64,000 bases of DNA from assembly GCA_963749495.1 (NCBI GenBank), contig CAVVMW010000024.1, positions 192,001 to 256,000 on the forward strand. The letters run 5' to 3'. Of this stretch, positions 40,562 to 50,596 are shown piece by piece. This DNA comes from an uncultured bacterium (GTDB lineage: Bacteria > Verrucomicrobiota > Verrucomicrobiia > Limisphaerales > UBA8199). Under the pieces are notes generated by a model that had not been told where the DNA came from, ran no database searches, and saw only the letters and a program-made list of their open reading frames with translations. A program made the translations under genes and the position numbers. Each line of letters starts with the position of its first letter. Positions within the stretch are counted from its first letter, which is position 1.

Positions 40562-41569
40562 ATGAATCGCCGGTCAATCGCATTGGTCTTGCTGGTCGGG
40601 CTGTGTCTTTTGGCCTTTCCCTGGCGCTGTCCGGCGCCACTGGTCTGGCGCCCGGGCGAGGGGTGGACCTACGAACCCTACGGCGGCGAGGCCACTTGGC
40701 ACCGGGCCAAGGCCAAGGACCAGTTGGACGTGGCCCAGGCGGCCTTCCAGAAGAAAGACTACGCCCTGGCCCTGAGGGCAGCCCGCCGCCTGGTGCGAGT
40801 ATGGCCCTTGTGCGATTACGTCCCCGAGGCCCGCGACATCATCGCCCGCTGTTACGACGCCCGGGGCCAGTCCGAACGCGCCTTCAAGCAATACCAGCAA
40901 CTCCTGGAGAAACACCCCAGGATCCCCAATTACGAGGAGATCCTCCAACGCCAATTCGAGATCGCCAACCTCTACCTGGCCGGCAAGTGGTTCCGGCTCT
41001 GGACCTACATCCCGTTGCCCCCTTCGGCAACCCGCACGGCCGGGATGTACGAGAAGATCGTCAAGAGCGGCCCCTATAGCAGCGTCGCCGCCCAGGCCCA
41101 GCTCAAGATCGGCACCGCGCGCGAGAAGGCAAAGGACTTCCCCGCCGCCGCCAAGGCCTTCCAACTGGCCGGCGACCGCTACACCGACCGCCCCGCCGTC
41201 GCCGCCGAGGCCCACTTCCGCGAAGGCCAGGCCTACAACCGCCAGGCCCTCAAAGCGGATTACGACCAAAGCGCCGCGGGCCAGGCCATCAATGCCTTCA
41301 GGGACTTCCTGGCCCTCTACCCCAACGACGCCCGCACCAATCAGGCCGCCAAGGCCATCGTCGCCTTGAAACTGGAGCAGGCGCGCGGCTGCATCCAGAC
41401 CGCCCACTTTTACGAAACCGCCAAGTTCTATCCCAAGCTCACCCGCTGGAAAGGCGCCCGCACCTACTACAACGAGGTCGTCCTCCTGGACCCCGGCTCC
41501 ACTTATGCCGCCGAGGCCCGCAAGCGCATCAATGCCCTCAACAAGCTCTTGAAAGAAGCCGAGAAATGA
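40562..41569 (+). CDS. BamD-like TPR outer-membrane assembly protein
   Basis: Signal peptide, TPR repeats, DYDQSAAGQAINAFRDFLALYP; adjacent to LptE. Confidence 0.75.
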   Translation: MNRRSIALVLLVGLCLLAFPWRCPAPLVWRPGEGWTYEPYGGEATWHRAKAKDQLDVAQAAFQKKDYALALRAARRLVRVWPLCDYVPEARDIIARCYDARGQSERAFKQYQQLLEKHPRIPNYEEILQRQFEIANLYLAGKWFRLWTYIPLPPSATRTAGMYEKIVKSGPYSSVAAQAQLKIGTAREKAKDFPAAAKAFQLAGDRYTDRPAVAAEAHFREGQAYNRQALKADYDQSAAGQAINAFRDFLALYPNDARTNQAAKAIVALKLEQARGCIQTAHFYETAKFYPKLTRWKGARTYYNEVVLLDPGSTYAAEARKRINALNKLLKEAEK

Positions 41570-42204
41570 AGCCGGTTCGCACGCTGGGACGGTCCCTTGC
41601 AGGGCAAGAAGGAACCACGGAACACACGGAATACACGGAAACCCGGAAGTCTGCCGGTTTCCCTTCCGTGTATTCCGTGTGTTCCGTGGTTCCATCCTTC
41701 GGCGCCCTGCTCCCCGCCTGCCTGGCCGTGCTCCTGCTCAGCGGCTGCGCCGGATACCGCCTCGGCCCCGCCAACGGCATGGCCGCCGGCGAAAAATCCA
41801 TCCAGGTCACACCCTTCGCCAACCGGACCCTCGAACCGCGCCTCACCGATGCCCTCACCTCCCAGCTTCGCAGGGAACTCCAGCGCGACGGCACCTTCCG
41901 CCTCGCCTCCCACGACGACGGGGACATCGTGCTCAGCGGCGTCATCACCCGTTACAACCGCCGCGAAATGAGCCTTTCGCCCTTCGATACACTCACCGTC
42001 CGCGACTACCGCCTCATCCTCACCGTGCAGGTTACCGCCCGAGAGCGCAGCACCGGCAAGCTCCTCCTCGACAAACCCGTCAGCGGTTCCACCCTCATCC
42101 GCGTCGGCTCCGACTTGACCAGCACCGAGCGCCAGGCCCTGCCCCTCCTGGCCGCCGACCTGGCCAAAAACGTCACCGCCCTGCTCGCCGACGGGACCTG
42201 GTGA
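41566..42204 (+). CDS. lptE: LptE family LPS-assembly lipoprotein with an in-frame palindromic insert at the N-terminus
   Basis: Lipobox LLLSGCAGYRLG, FANRTLEPRL; insert 41611-41693. Confidence 0.75.
   Translation: MKPVRTLGRSLAGQEGTTEHTEYTETRKSAGFPSVYSVCSVVPSFGALLPACLAVLLLSGCAGYRLGPANGMAAGEKSIQVTPFANRTLEPRLTDALTSQLRRELQRDGTFRLASHDDGDIVLSGVITRYNRREMSLSPFDTLTVRDYRLILTVQVTARERSTGKLLLDKPVSGSTLIRVGSDLTSTERQALPLLAADLAKNVTALLADGTW
41611..41693. repeat. Perfect 30-bp inverted repeat of ACACGGAA[T/C] 9-mers, 23-nt loop
   Basis: 41611-41640 is the exact reverse complement of 41664-41693. Confidence 0.95.
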
Positions 42205-42210
42205 GGGAAA

Positions 42211-42321
42211 TCAGAAGTCGGAGGTCAGAAGTCAGAAGTCGGAGGTCGGAAGTCGGAGGTCAGAAGTCAGAGGTCAGAAGTCAGAGGTCAGAAGTCAGAA
42301 GTCGGAAGTCGGAAGTCAGAA
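42211..42321. repeat. Degenerate tandem heptamer (TC[A/G]GA[A/G]G)n
   Basis: About 15 units between convergent genes. Confidence 0.95.
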
Positions 42322-42377
42322 ACCCGGATTCCGGATTTCAAATGGAAGGTCCGCCCGCAATTTCACCCGTTCCGTGA

Positions 42378-44441
42378 CTACCGCCCGCGGCTCGTCCAGA
42401 GCGGGATGCCGAGGAGCCGGACGCGGGTTGAAGGGCCGGTGCGTGAGACGCCGGTGCCCAGGACGTGCAGGGCGGCTTTATGGGGCGCGGTCGTGCTTCG
42501 GAATAGAAGGCCGCCGGGGAGGAAGCACATGGTCCGCTTGCCGTTCTTATCCGAGGTCCGGCTGGCGGCCAGTCCCCAAAGGAGAGTGGCGCGGGAGATG
42601 GAGACGGTGTTGGCGGGGGTTTGCGGCACGAGTGCGGAGAATTGGCTGCCGAGCACACCCCAGGGCAGCAGGGTGGTGCTGGCGACGCCACGGCGGGCCT
42701 CGGACTCGTGCCTGGCGGCCAACCCCCAGCCCAGCGACCATTTGTTGAGCGAGGCTGTCCGGCGCCATTTGCCCACGGTCCCCAGCAGGAGGCGGTCGGC
42801 GGCGCCAACGCTGTTGTGGTCGTGGCGCCAGAGCAAGCCCCAAAGCGAGCGTGTGACCGCGTAATCCCCGTCTATCCTGCGGGAGAGCAGCGGATTGAAG
42901 CGGAGGAGGGCAGGGTTGGCGGCGGCGCGCGCGGCGTCCTTGGGCGGTTCGGTGAAGGTGACGGCCCCGGCCAGGGCGGACACGGTTTGGAGCGCCTGGG
43001 GGTTGTCGGTCTCGATGAGGATGACCCGTTTGCCGCTGCGCCGAATGATGCCGGCGTGTCCATCGGGCCGGGCCCAAGCGGCGGCCGTGCCGGGTCCCGC
43101 AGACCTTGGTTCAAACTCAGGCGAGGGTCGAGGGTCGAGGGCCGAGTGTCGAGTGTCGAGTGGCGGCCGCATTGGGTTCCCTCGACCCTCGGCACTCGAC
43201 CCTCGACCCTGGGCCCTTGTGCGTTCCTCGAGGCAGGCCCGGGCAAACCGCTCGGCGGCAAACGGGGAGTCCCAGGCCGAGGCCCAGACCAGGAGCCTGT
43301 GCCCATCGGGGTCCGTGTAGAGCGCGGCCCGGTCCCCGTCCCATTGGGCGGCCACGCGCAGTCCGCGGTCCGGGCTCTTGAAGTGGCAGCCAAACAGTAC
43401 CGCCATCCCGGCCTCGCCGAAGGTGTCCTGGGCCAGGCGCTTCCAATCGCCGGGCAGGGTCTCGGGCAGGCCGACCTGCACCGGGAAATCGCGCCATTCC
43501 CAACACTTCTCCGGGTGCATCACCTGTTCGGTGCTCACGGGCCGGTGCTCATAAATGTAGTCCAGCCCGTCCAGGCCCCAGTCGCGCAGCATCCTCCGGC
43601 AAAAGGAATAGCCGAACGAATAAGGCACCACCTCGGCCCGCGCGAGCGTCTCCGGCACGCCGGCCACTTCAATCTGGTCACTCTTCCAAATCTGCTTGAA
43701 TGCGAAATCCAGAACCATTTCCCCAAGACCCGAGTGGATCAATTTCCAGGCGGCAATATAGGCGCCGGGTTGGGCGCGCTCGATTTCCATGGGAAAGGCC
43801 TCGACCATCAGGCGCGTGGCCGTGCCCTCGACCAGGAAACTGTGCGCGTCACCACGGTCGCTCGACCCCTGCTTGTCCGTGTCCCGTTCCTCGGGATCGT
43901 CCAGCGGCCAGTATTGGTCTTCGAGGGCATGGACGTATTCGTGGAGAAAAACAATGCTGGAATCGAGCCCGGAAAACCGCTCGAGCTTCTGCCGGAGCTT
44001 TTTCTCCGGCGGTTTGGCAGCGGGCTTGCGGGCCGGGGCCTGTGAGGTGGGAATGCGCATCTCCTTGGTGTCGCTGTCGTAGAGGCCCGCCACTTGGTCC
44101 ACCATCAGGTTGGCGCAGGCCGCCTTGAGGTCGGTGCCCGGCGGCAGCAGGTCCAGCCAGACCATGAGTTCCTGGAACTCGGCCAGTTTCCGGCCCGGGT
44201 ACTCCTTGGCAACCTCGCGGTCGATCAAGTCCCGCAACTCCTTTTCGGAAATCGTGCGCGCCGGCACGTCGTGAACGAACTTCTTGCCGCGCAGGATCTC
44301 AATCTCCTCGCGGATTTGGGCCATCTCGTTATCGCTCGGGATCTTGGCTTCCGCAACCGGCGGCGGCGGAGCGGCCGGTGCGGGCGCCGGCACCAAAACG
44401 GCCACCAGGGCCAGGAGCAGGATAGAATGGATGCCTTTCAT
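42378..44441 (-). CDS. Secreted putative zincin-like protein (HExxH) with C-terminal beta-rich region; in-frame heptamer palindrome at ~43122-43210
   Basis: Signal peptide; AGLYD, HEYVHALEDQ, LVEGTA, PYSFG, PVSTEQVMHPEK. Confidence 0.7.
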   Translation of the reverse strand: MKGIHSILLLALVAVLVPAPAPAAPPPPVAEAKIPSDNEMAQIREEIEILRGKKFVHDVPARTISEKELRDLIDREVAKEYPGRKLAEFQELMVWLDLLPPGTDLKAACANLMVDQVAGLYDSDTKEMRIPTSQAPARKPAAKPPEKKLRQKLERFSGLDSSIVFLHEYVHALEDQYWPLDDPEERDTDKQGSSDRGDAHSFLVEGTATRLMVEAFPMEIERAQPGAYIAAWKLIHSGLGEMVLDFAFKQIWKSDQIEVAGVPETLARAEVVPYSFGYSFCRRMLRDWGLDGLDYIYEHRPVSTEQVMHPEKCWEWRDFPVQVGLPETLPGDWKRLAQDTFGEAGMAVLFGCHFKSPDRGLRVAAQWDGDRAALYTDPDGHRLLVWASAWDSPFAAERFARACLEERTRAQGRGSSAEGRGNPMRPPLDTRHSALDPRPSPEFEPRSAGPGTAAAWARPDGHAGIIRRSGKRVILIETDNPQALQTVSALAGAVTFTEPPKDAARAAANPALLRFNPLLSRRIDGDYAVTRSLWGLLWRHDHNSVGAADRLLLGTVGKWRRTASLNKWSLGWGLAARHESEARRGVASTTLLPWGVLGSQFSALVPQTPANTVSISRATLLWGLAASRTSDKNGKRTMCFLPGGLLFRSTTAPHKAALHVLGTGVSRTGPSTRVRLLGIPLWTSRGR

Positions 44442-44580
44442 CACTGGATTCCAGTCACTGCGAATCTTGGGGCCACCTCGAACCACCGGTCAAGGCAAGA
44501 TGAAATACAAGGGACAAAAGGGACGAAAGGGACGAAAGGGACGCCAAACCAGGGGAAGGCGCAGACGGAGGGCCGGGAAG

Positions 44581-44883
44581 ACCCCTCACCCCGGCCCTCT
44601 CGGTCCACGGTCCGGTGCGTCCGAGTCATCGCGCGTCGCGTAGCGACGCAGTGAAGGTGGACCTCGGTCCACGGTTCAGGGCGGCGGAATGGTCACGCGT
44701 TGCGTAGCGACGCCTGACAGCTTCGCGGTTTTCAGGCGTCGCTACGCGACGCGGTTGAGCTTGGGCCATGGGTCCGTGGACTGGAAGTCCACGGCTACCA
44801 TCGGGCACCGCTACGCGGTGAGCCGGGGCTGCGGAGAATTCTCCCTCTCCCCTTCCGAAGGGGAGAGGGCCGGGGTGAGGGGT
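44581..44883. repeat. Nested repeat: GTAGCCGTGGAC element between the two arms of a CCCTCACCCCGGCCCTCTC REP
   Basis: REP arm 44581-44601, inner element ~44602-44822, REP arm 44841-44883. Confidence 0.85.
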
Positions 44884-44977
44884 CTGCCCCCCGTGCCGCT
44901 CCCGCCTTCACGGAGGCCTTGCCACTGCCGTCTTTCTTCGCCTGTGCATCCCGGGCCTTTCGTTGTACTCTGCGCCC

Positions 44978-45760
44978 GTGCAATGGATCACGCTCACCAC
45001 GGATTTCGGCACGGCAGACTGGTTTGTCGGCGCGATGAAGGGCGTCGTTGCGGGCATCGCGCCCAAGACCGTCGTGCTGGACCTGACCCACGAGGTTCCG
45101 GCCGGAGACATTCGCGCCGGGGCTTTTGCGCTTTGGGCCGCGTGCCGGTTTTTTCCCAGAGGCACCGTCCACCTGGCCGTGATCGATCCTGGCGTGGGCA
45201 GCGCCCGCAAGGCCATAGCTGTGCAGACCGCCGGCTCTTGGTTCGTCGGCCCCGACAACGGCGTGCTCTCCTGGGCGCTGGCCCGGGAGAGGGTCTTGAG
45301 CGTCCACGCCCTGGAAAACCGGGCCTACTCTCTGCAACCGATCAGCCGGACCTTCCACGGGCGCGACCTCTTCGCCCCGGCGGCCGCGCATTTGAGCCGC
45401 GGGCTCGCCATCCGCAAGCTCGGCCCCGCCTTGAAGGATTACACGCGCCTGCCCTGGCCGGAGCCGCGCCCGGCCGCAGATGGAGTCGAAGGTGAGGTGG
45501 TCTATATCGACCGCTTTGGCAACGCGATCACGAACCTCGACCTGGCCATGCTGCGGGGCCTGGGCCAAGGGCCGGTGGAGGTCTGGCTGGGGCGCAAACG
45601 GCTCTGCCCTGTGGCGGACCACTACCAGGCGGTGCCGCCCGGCCGCCCGGTGGCGGTGCCCGGCTCCAGCGGCCTCCTTGAAATCGCCCTCAACGGCGCC
45701 AGCGCCGCCCGCCGCTACCGCCTCCAAATCGGGCGCAGACTGCGGGTTGCTCGCAGGTGA
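44978..45760 (+). CDS. DUF62 / SAM hydrolase (halogenase-like fold)
   Basis: TTDFG, VIDPGVGSAR, VGPDNG, TFHGRD, IDRFGN. Confidence 0.9.
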   Translation: MQWITLTTDFGTADWFVGAMKGVVAGIAPKTVVLDLTHEVPAGDIRAGAFALWAACRFFPRGTVHLAVIDPGVGSARKAIAVQTAGSWFVGPDNGVLSWALARERVLSVHALENRAYSLQPISRTFHGRDLFAPAAAHLSRGLAIRKLGPALKDYTRLPWPEPRPAADGVEGEVVYIDRFGNAITNLDLAMLRGLGQGPVEVWLGRKRLCPVADHYQAVPPGRPVAVPGSSGLLEIALNGASAARRYRLQIGRRLRVARR

Positions 45761-45846
45761 AACGTGAAGGGTGAGAGCGCGCGACAGAATTCTTCGGCTG
45801 CGCGATGGAACCGGCGGTGCGTGCTCGGGACGCCAAAGGCGCCGCG

Positions 45847-46041
45847 CATACCAGCCCAGGGCAACGCCCCTGGGAACAGCCGCCAAGAATCATCTGAGCG
45901 CTGAAAGCGCGATTCATCCTGGGTCCTGCCCTGTGCCGCTGATGAGGCAGGCCGTTGGCCTGCGACAGAGAATGTGCGGTGGACCCAGGGGGCTGGCCCG
46001 CCTGCGCTGCGCTCCGGCGGGCCTTGCCCTGGGCTGGTATG
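45847..46041. repeat. Palindromic element CATACCAGCCCAGGGCAA...TTGCCCTGGGCTGGTATG
   Basis: 18-bp inverted termini. Confidence 0.8.
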
Positions 46042-46220
46042 AATCAGGCCTTCGGCCTGAACGCCAGCGTGCCAACCCCACATCCGGCATCATGGAGAGG
46101 ACCAGGCGGTGCATATAGGGGCCTCAAATATGAAAGCTCCCGAAATCCTGGCAAATCACAGGGTTTGGAGAACTTCGTCATGCGGCCGAAACGTGAAACT
46201 CTGGCACCTCCGCTTTGCAC

Positions 46221-48725
46221 TTACTTCTGCGGCTTGGGTGTCGAGCCGGATTGGGCGGCGAGGCAGGCCTCCAGGAAATGGCGGGTACACTGGAATTCGG
46301 CATGGAGGTCGCGGGCCAGCGCGGCGGCGCCTTCGAGCTTGCCTTGGGCGGCCTGGTGTTCGAGTTGGCGCAGGAGCGGTCCGAGGCGGCGCATGCCGCA
46401 GGTGGAGCTGGCCCCGGCGCAACTGTGGGCCAGGCGCCGGACCTCGGCGGGTTTGGCGGCCTGGACGGCGGCATCGAGTTCGGAGAGTTGCGCGTCGCTT
46501 TGGTTCAGGTAAAGGCAGATCAACTCGCGCAGGCCCTCGGGCGTGCCGTCGGTGATGCTGAGCAGACGGTCCATGTCGACGGGCGCCTCGGCGGGAGGCG
46601 GCGGGGCCTGTGCCGCCGGAGGTTGGGGTTGGCCTGGGGCCTGCGCCGGCGGCGGGCCGGCGGCGGGAGGCGGCGGGGGCGAATCGGCGCGCACGGCCGC
46701 GGCGCCCCAACGCTCGACGATGGCCTGCACGTCCTCGAGCCGGACCGGTTTGGCGATGTAATCGTCCATGCCGGCCGCCAGGCATTTCTCGCGGTCGCCG
46801 CGCATGGCGCTGGCGGTCATGGCCACGATGAGGATAGGGGACTTGTAATTGGGAAACCGCTCTGGCTGGCGCTGGCGCTCGCGGATGAGGCGCGTGGCCT
46901 CCAGGCCGCTCATCTCGGGCATCATCACGTCCATGAAAATCAGGTCGTAAGGCTGGCGCTCCAGGGCGGCGAGGGCCTCCAGCCCGTTGGCGGCGAGGCC
47001 GGCGCGGTAGCCCATCTGCAGGAGCAGGCGCAAGGCGACCTTCTGGTTGATGATGTTGTCATCGCACAGCAGGATGCGCAAGGGCAGGCGCGCGGCCAGA
47101 GTGGGGTCGAGTTTGGCGGCGGCGGGGGCCTGGCAGGCGCAGGGTTTGGAGCCCGAGACGGCGCGGAGCAGCACCTCGCAGAGCTGGGCCGGTTTGATCG
47201 GCTTGGTGATGCAACCGGCAAAGGCAACGCGGGCGAGATCCGGGCGGTCAGCGCGGACGCGCATCGAGGTGAGCAGGACCAGCGGGAGCGCGGCGGCCGC
47301 GGGCAGCTTGCGGATCTCGCCGGCGAGCATGACGCCGTCCATCGAAGGCATCTGCATGTCGAGGATGGCCAGGTCGAAGGTCTGGCCGGCCCGCAGCCAC
47401 TCGAGGGCCTGCGCCGCGCTCTGGGTCTGGCTGGGAACCATGCCCCATTTGGCCGTCTGCAGGCTCAGGATGCGGCAGTGGGTCGGGTTGTCGTCGACGA
47501 TCAACAGCCGCAGTTTGGCCAGTTGCGGCTGCGGCTCCTCGAAGGCAGGGCGCGAGGTTTGGGCCACCGCGCACAGCGGCAGCGTGAAATGAAAGGTCGA
47601 GCCCGTCTGCGGGACGCTCTCGACCCACATCTTGCCGCCCATCAGCTCGACCAGCCGCTTGCTGATGGCCAGGCCAAGGCCCGTGCCGCCATACTGGCGC
47701 GTCGTCGAGGCATCCGCCTGGTTGAACGATTGGAAGAGGCGCGACATCCGCTCCGCCGCAATCCCGATCCCGGTGTCCCGCACCGAGAAGTGCAAGAGCC
47801 AGAAACCCGCGTCATCGCCCTCCGGCTCGGGCGGCGAGAGGGTCCTGACCTGCACGACCACTTCGCCGCCGGCCGTGAACTTCACCCCGTTGCTCACCAG
47901 GTTCACCAGCACCTGGCGCAATCGCGTCACGTCCCCCACCACCTCAACCGGCGCCCCGTCCTCCATCCGGTAGGCCAAATCCAGGTCCTTCTCAGCCGCC
48001 TTGGACGCCAGCAGATCCAGGGCGTCCTCGACGCAGCCGCGCAGGTCGAACGGGTGGTTCTCGAGGTCGAGTTTGCCCGATTCGATCTTCGAAAAATCCA
48101 GGATGTCGTTGATGATGGTCAGCAACGACTCGCCGCTGGAGTAGATGGTCTCCACGCAGCCTTGCTGCTCCGGGGCCAGGGGCGTCTCCAGGAGCAGGCC
48201 GGCCATGGCGATGATCCCGTTCATGGGGGTGCGGATTTCGTGGCTCATGTTGGCCAGGAACTCCGCCTTTGCGCGGGCGGCGGCCTCGGCCGCCACGCGG
48301 GCCGAGAGCAGGTCCCGGTTGGTCTGCGTCAGTTCATCCTGCAGGTGCTTGGCGCGCAGGGCGGCGCACAGCCGCGCCCGCAGCTCCGCCGACTCGAACG
48401 GCTTGGTCAGGTAATCGACCGCCCCCAACTCGAAACCCCGCAGCTTGTCGCTGGTGCTGTTCCAGGCCGTCAGCACAATCACCGGGATGGACTCGGTTGA
48501 CGGCGCCGCCTTGAGCTGCCGCAGCAACTCGAAGCCGTTCATCCCCGGCAACCCCAGGTCCAGCAGAATCAAGTCCACCGCCGATTCGCCGATGCGCTGG
48601 AGAGCCGCCGGGGCGTTGCCCGCGCTCCAAAGCGTGATCTGGTCCTCCTGCAACAGCGCGCCCAGCAGCTCCGACATGCGCGGGTCATCCTCGACCAGCA
48701 GGACGTGGGAAGGCGGCACTTTCAT
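46221..48725 (-). CDS. Cytoplasmic hybrid histidine kinase (REC-HisKA-HATPase-REC-REC-Hpt)
   Basis: [35 protein letters not shown], three receiver domains, Hpt [12 protein letters not shown]. Confidence 0.92.
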   Translation of the reverse strand: MKVPPSHVLLVEDDPRMSELLGALLQEDQITLWSAGNAPAALQRIGESAVDLILLDLGLPGMNGFELLRQLKAAPSTESIPVIVLTAWNSTSDKLRGFELGAVDYLTKPFESAELRARLCAALRAKHLQDELTQTNRDLLSARVAAEAAARAKAEFLANMSHEIRTPMNGIIAMAGLLLETPLAPEQQGCVETIYSSGESLLTIINDILDFSKIESGKLDLENHPFDLRGCVEDALDLLASKAAEKDLDLAYRMEDGAPVEVVGDVTRLRQVLVNLVSNGVKFTAGGEVVVQVRTLSPPEPEGDDAGFWLLHFSVRDTGIGIAAERMSRLFQSFNQADASTTRQYGGTGLGLAISKRLVELMGGKMWVESVPQTGSTFHFTLPLCAVAQTSRPAFEEPQPQLAKLRLLIVDDNPTHCRILSLQTAKWGMVPSQTQSAAQALEWLRAGQTFDLAILDMQMPSMDGVMLAGEIRKLPAAAALPLVLLTSMRVRADRPDLARVAFAGCITKPIKPAQLCEVLLRAVSGSKPCACQAPAAAKLDPTLAARLPLRILLCDDNIINQKVALRLLLQMGYRAGLAANGLEALAALERQPYDLIFMDVMMPEMSGLEATRLIRERQRQPERFPNYKSPILIVAMTASAMRGDREKCLAAGMDDYIAKPVRLEDVQAIVERWGAAAVRADSPPPPPAAGPPPAQAPGQPQPPAAQAPPPPAEAPVDMDRLLSITDGTPEGLRELICLYLNQSDAQLSELDAAVQAAKPAEVRRLAHSCAGASSTCGMRRLGPLLRQLEHQAAQGKLEGAAALARDLHAEFQCTRHFLEACLAAQSGSTPKPQK

Positions 48726-48877
48726 AATCTGGCGATACTGCAAGTACATCGGCCGAATTGCGGGCCGGCCTTAGCCCTATTCAACACAATTCCTCTCGCC
48801 AAAGCCAACCGCTTTTTTTGAGCGGGGCACGGCGGGCGCATCCGACACCGCCCCCATTTGGCGGGGCACAGCCGTTT

Positions 48878-48994
48878 GTAGCGCAGGTTTCCAAACCTGC
48901 TGTATCGCCGACTTCCAGTCGGCAGGGCGCCGGAAATCGCGGCGCCTGCGGGTTAGGAAACCCGCGGTACAGCAGACTTGGAAGTCTGCGCTAC
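48878..48994. repeat. GTAG...CTAC palindromic element (last host-type repeat before the island)
   Basis: Same family as 11508-11642. Confidence 0.88.
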
Positions 48995-49136
48995 GGGCCA
49001 GTGCGGACCGCCTGTAACTTATGCCGCCTGGTGTTCGTCTTGCTCTACGGGCTCTGCTGGGGCTTGCCGATGCTGGCGCGTCCTGGCAGAAAGCGCCTAA
49101 TAAAGCTCAACCAGTAACAACAAAGTAAGATCACCT

Positions 49137-49590
49137 ATGCAACGCAGACAACACTCCATGATTCCTTTGCTCCACACCGGCCTTTGCGCCCTGATGCTCG
49201 TGGGCGCCGTGGCCGTCAACGCCGCCGAAGAAAAAGAAGGTTGACCCCACCGGCACCTGGATTTGGACCGTCCCCGGCCGCCAGGGCGGGGCCGAGCGCA
49301 AGGCGACGCTCAAGATCAAAGTCGAGGGCAGCAAAATCACGGCCAAGCTGATCACCCCCGCGCGCGGCGACCAGACGGCCGAGACCGAGATCAAGGACGC
49401 CAAGATGAAGGGCGACGAGATCACCTTTTCCGTAAGCCTCACGCGCGCCGGCGTCGAGCGGGTGACCAAGTACACGGGCAAGATCTCCGGCGATACGATC
49501 AAGGGCAAGGTTGTCACCGAAACCGACGGCAAGGCCGGGCGCGAGCGCGACTGGGAAGCCAAGATTGAGAAGCCGCAAGCCGCCAAGTGA
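49137..49590 (+). CDS. Secreted small beta-rich hypothetical protein, frameshift in an A-run near 49230
   Basis: Signal peptide (LCALMLVGAVAVNAAE) in one frame; KVDPTGTWIWT...KYTGKISGDTIKGKV...DWEAK in another. Confidence 0.7.
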
Positions 49591-50596
49591 ACTGCATTGC
49601 CTCGGACCTGCCCGCCGCCGCGTGAGCGCCAGGCGGGGCTGGCTCGCCGCCCAACGCCGGAGTCAGATGCCGGCCTGGGCGGCCCTTCTTTTGGCGGGAA
49701 CTCGGAGCATTGCGCTGCGCCTCCAATGGCCAACGCACCAAGAGAAAGGCGCACCAACGGGGTGCCTTCATTCGCTTATTTCTTCGCGTTTTCGCACTTT
49801 TGGCCAGCGCAAGTCATTGGTATTTACACTATTACCCTTGACGGCTGCCGTCAAGTCGTTCAGCGCGTTAGGGATATTGCCCATTTGAAACGTGTTAGGA
49901 ATTGCTAGGAATCAGCGGACGGGCTGGCAGTCCCGGAACACCATTCTGAAGAAGGGCACGCCAAAGCCTGCTCAGTCTCCTGTCTTGGCCAATCGCATTT
50001 TCGCCAAGTTGGTCGCTCAGAGGACGCGCCGGGAGCGCCGTGGCCGAGCCTTGGGGCACCCGGAAACCCGAGGGGCCTCCAGCAAAGAGCCGCCAACCCC
50101 GTCCGGGATCGAGCCTTGTCCGGCAACTCCGCCCTACGCGCCTATTCCGCAGCGAGATGGTCCACGGACCCGACCGGGGCCGGGTATAGGGCGTCGCCAT
50201 GCGTGGTTTCCACCTGGCTTGCCCTTGGTCCCCATCCTCTCGATGAAACCGCCAGCTCAAGTGGCGGTCCCAGCCCGCCGATACACCGATTGGGGCGTCC
50301 CTGAAAAAGGCTCGCTGGCGAACGAGATTTCGTTTACGATTCTGACCAGCAGTAAGCAACCATGATGAAGTAGCAGCAACGTTTACATTTTAGCGTAGCT
50401 TCGGCTACGGCCTCATCAGAAAACCGAGAATTTTCAGTGCGGAGGCCAAGCCGCTTGAGCACGCGCCCAATCGGGCGCGGCTTGGCGTGTCCTTCCGCAC
50501 GGGCGCTTCTCGGTGCCTCTGATGGGGGGTGCGTTGGGTTCGCGCCCCTTTCGTTTTGGCCGTGGTTCGTTGGCCTCGCCATGAAAAACACGAACC

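Noticed and set aside
44978..45760. True fluorinase/chlorinase
   Set aside because: Has the Asp-Arg-His signature (DPGVG..R, TFHGRD) of DUF62 SAM hydrolases
46215..48500. Long antisense or overlapping ORFs (e.g. 46215-48500 +, 8779-10614 -, 20241-22409 -, 29255-31216 -)
   Set aside because: Shadow frames of real genes in high-GC DNA; no recognisable motifs
49800..49860. Chromosomal dif (XerCD) site
   Set aside because: No convincing XerD arm (TTATGTTAAAT-like) with 6-bp spacer
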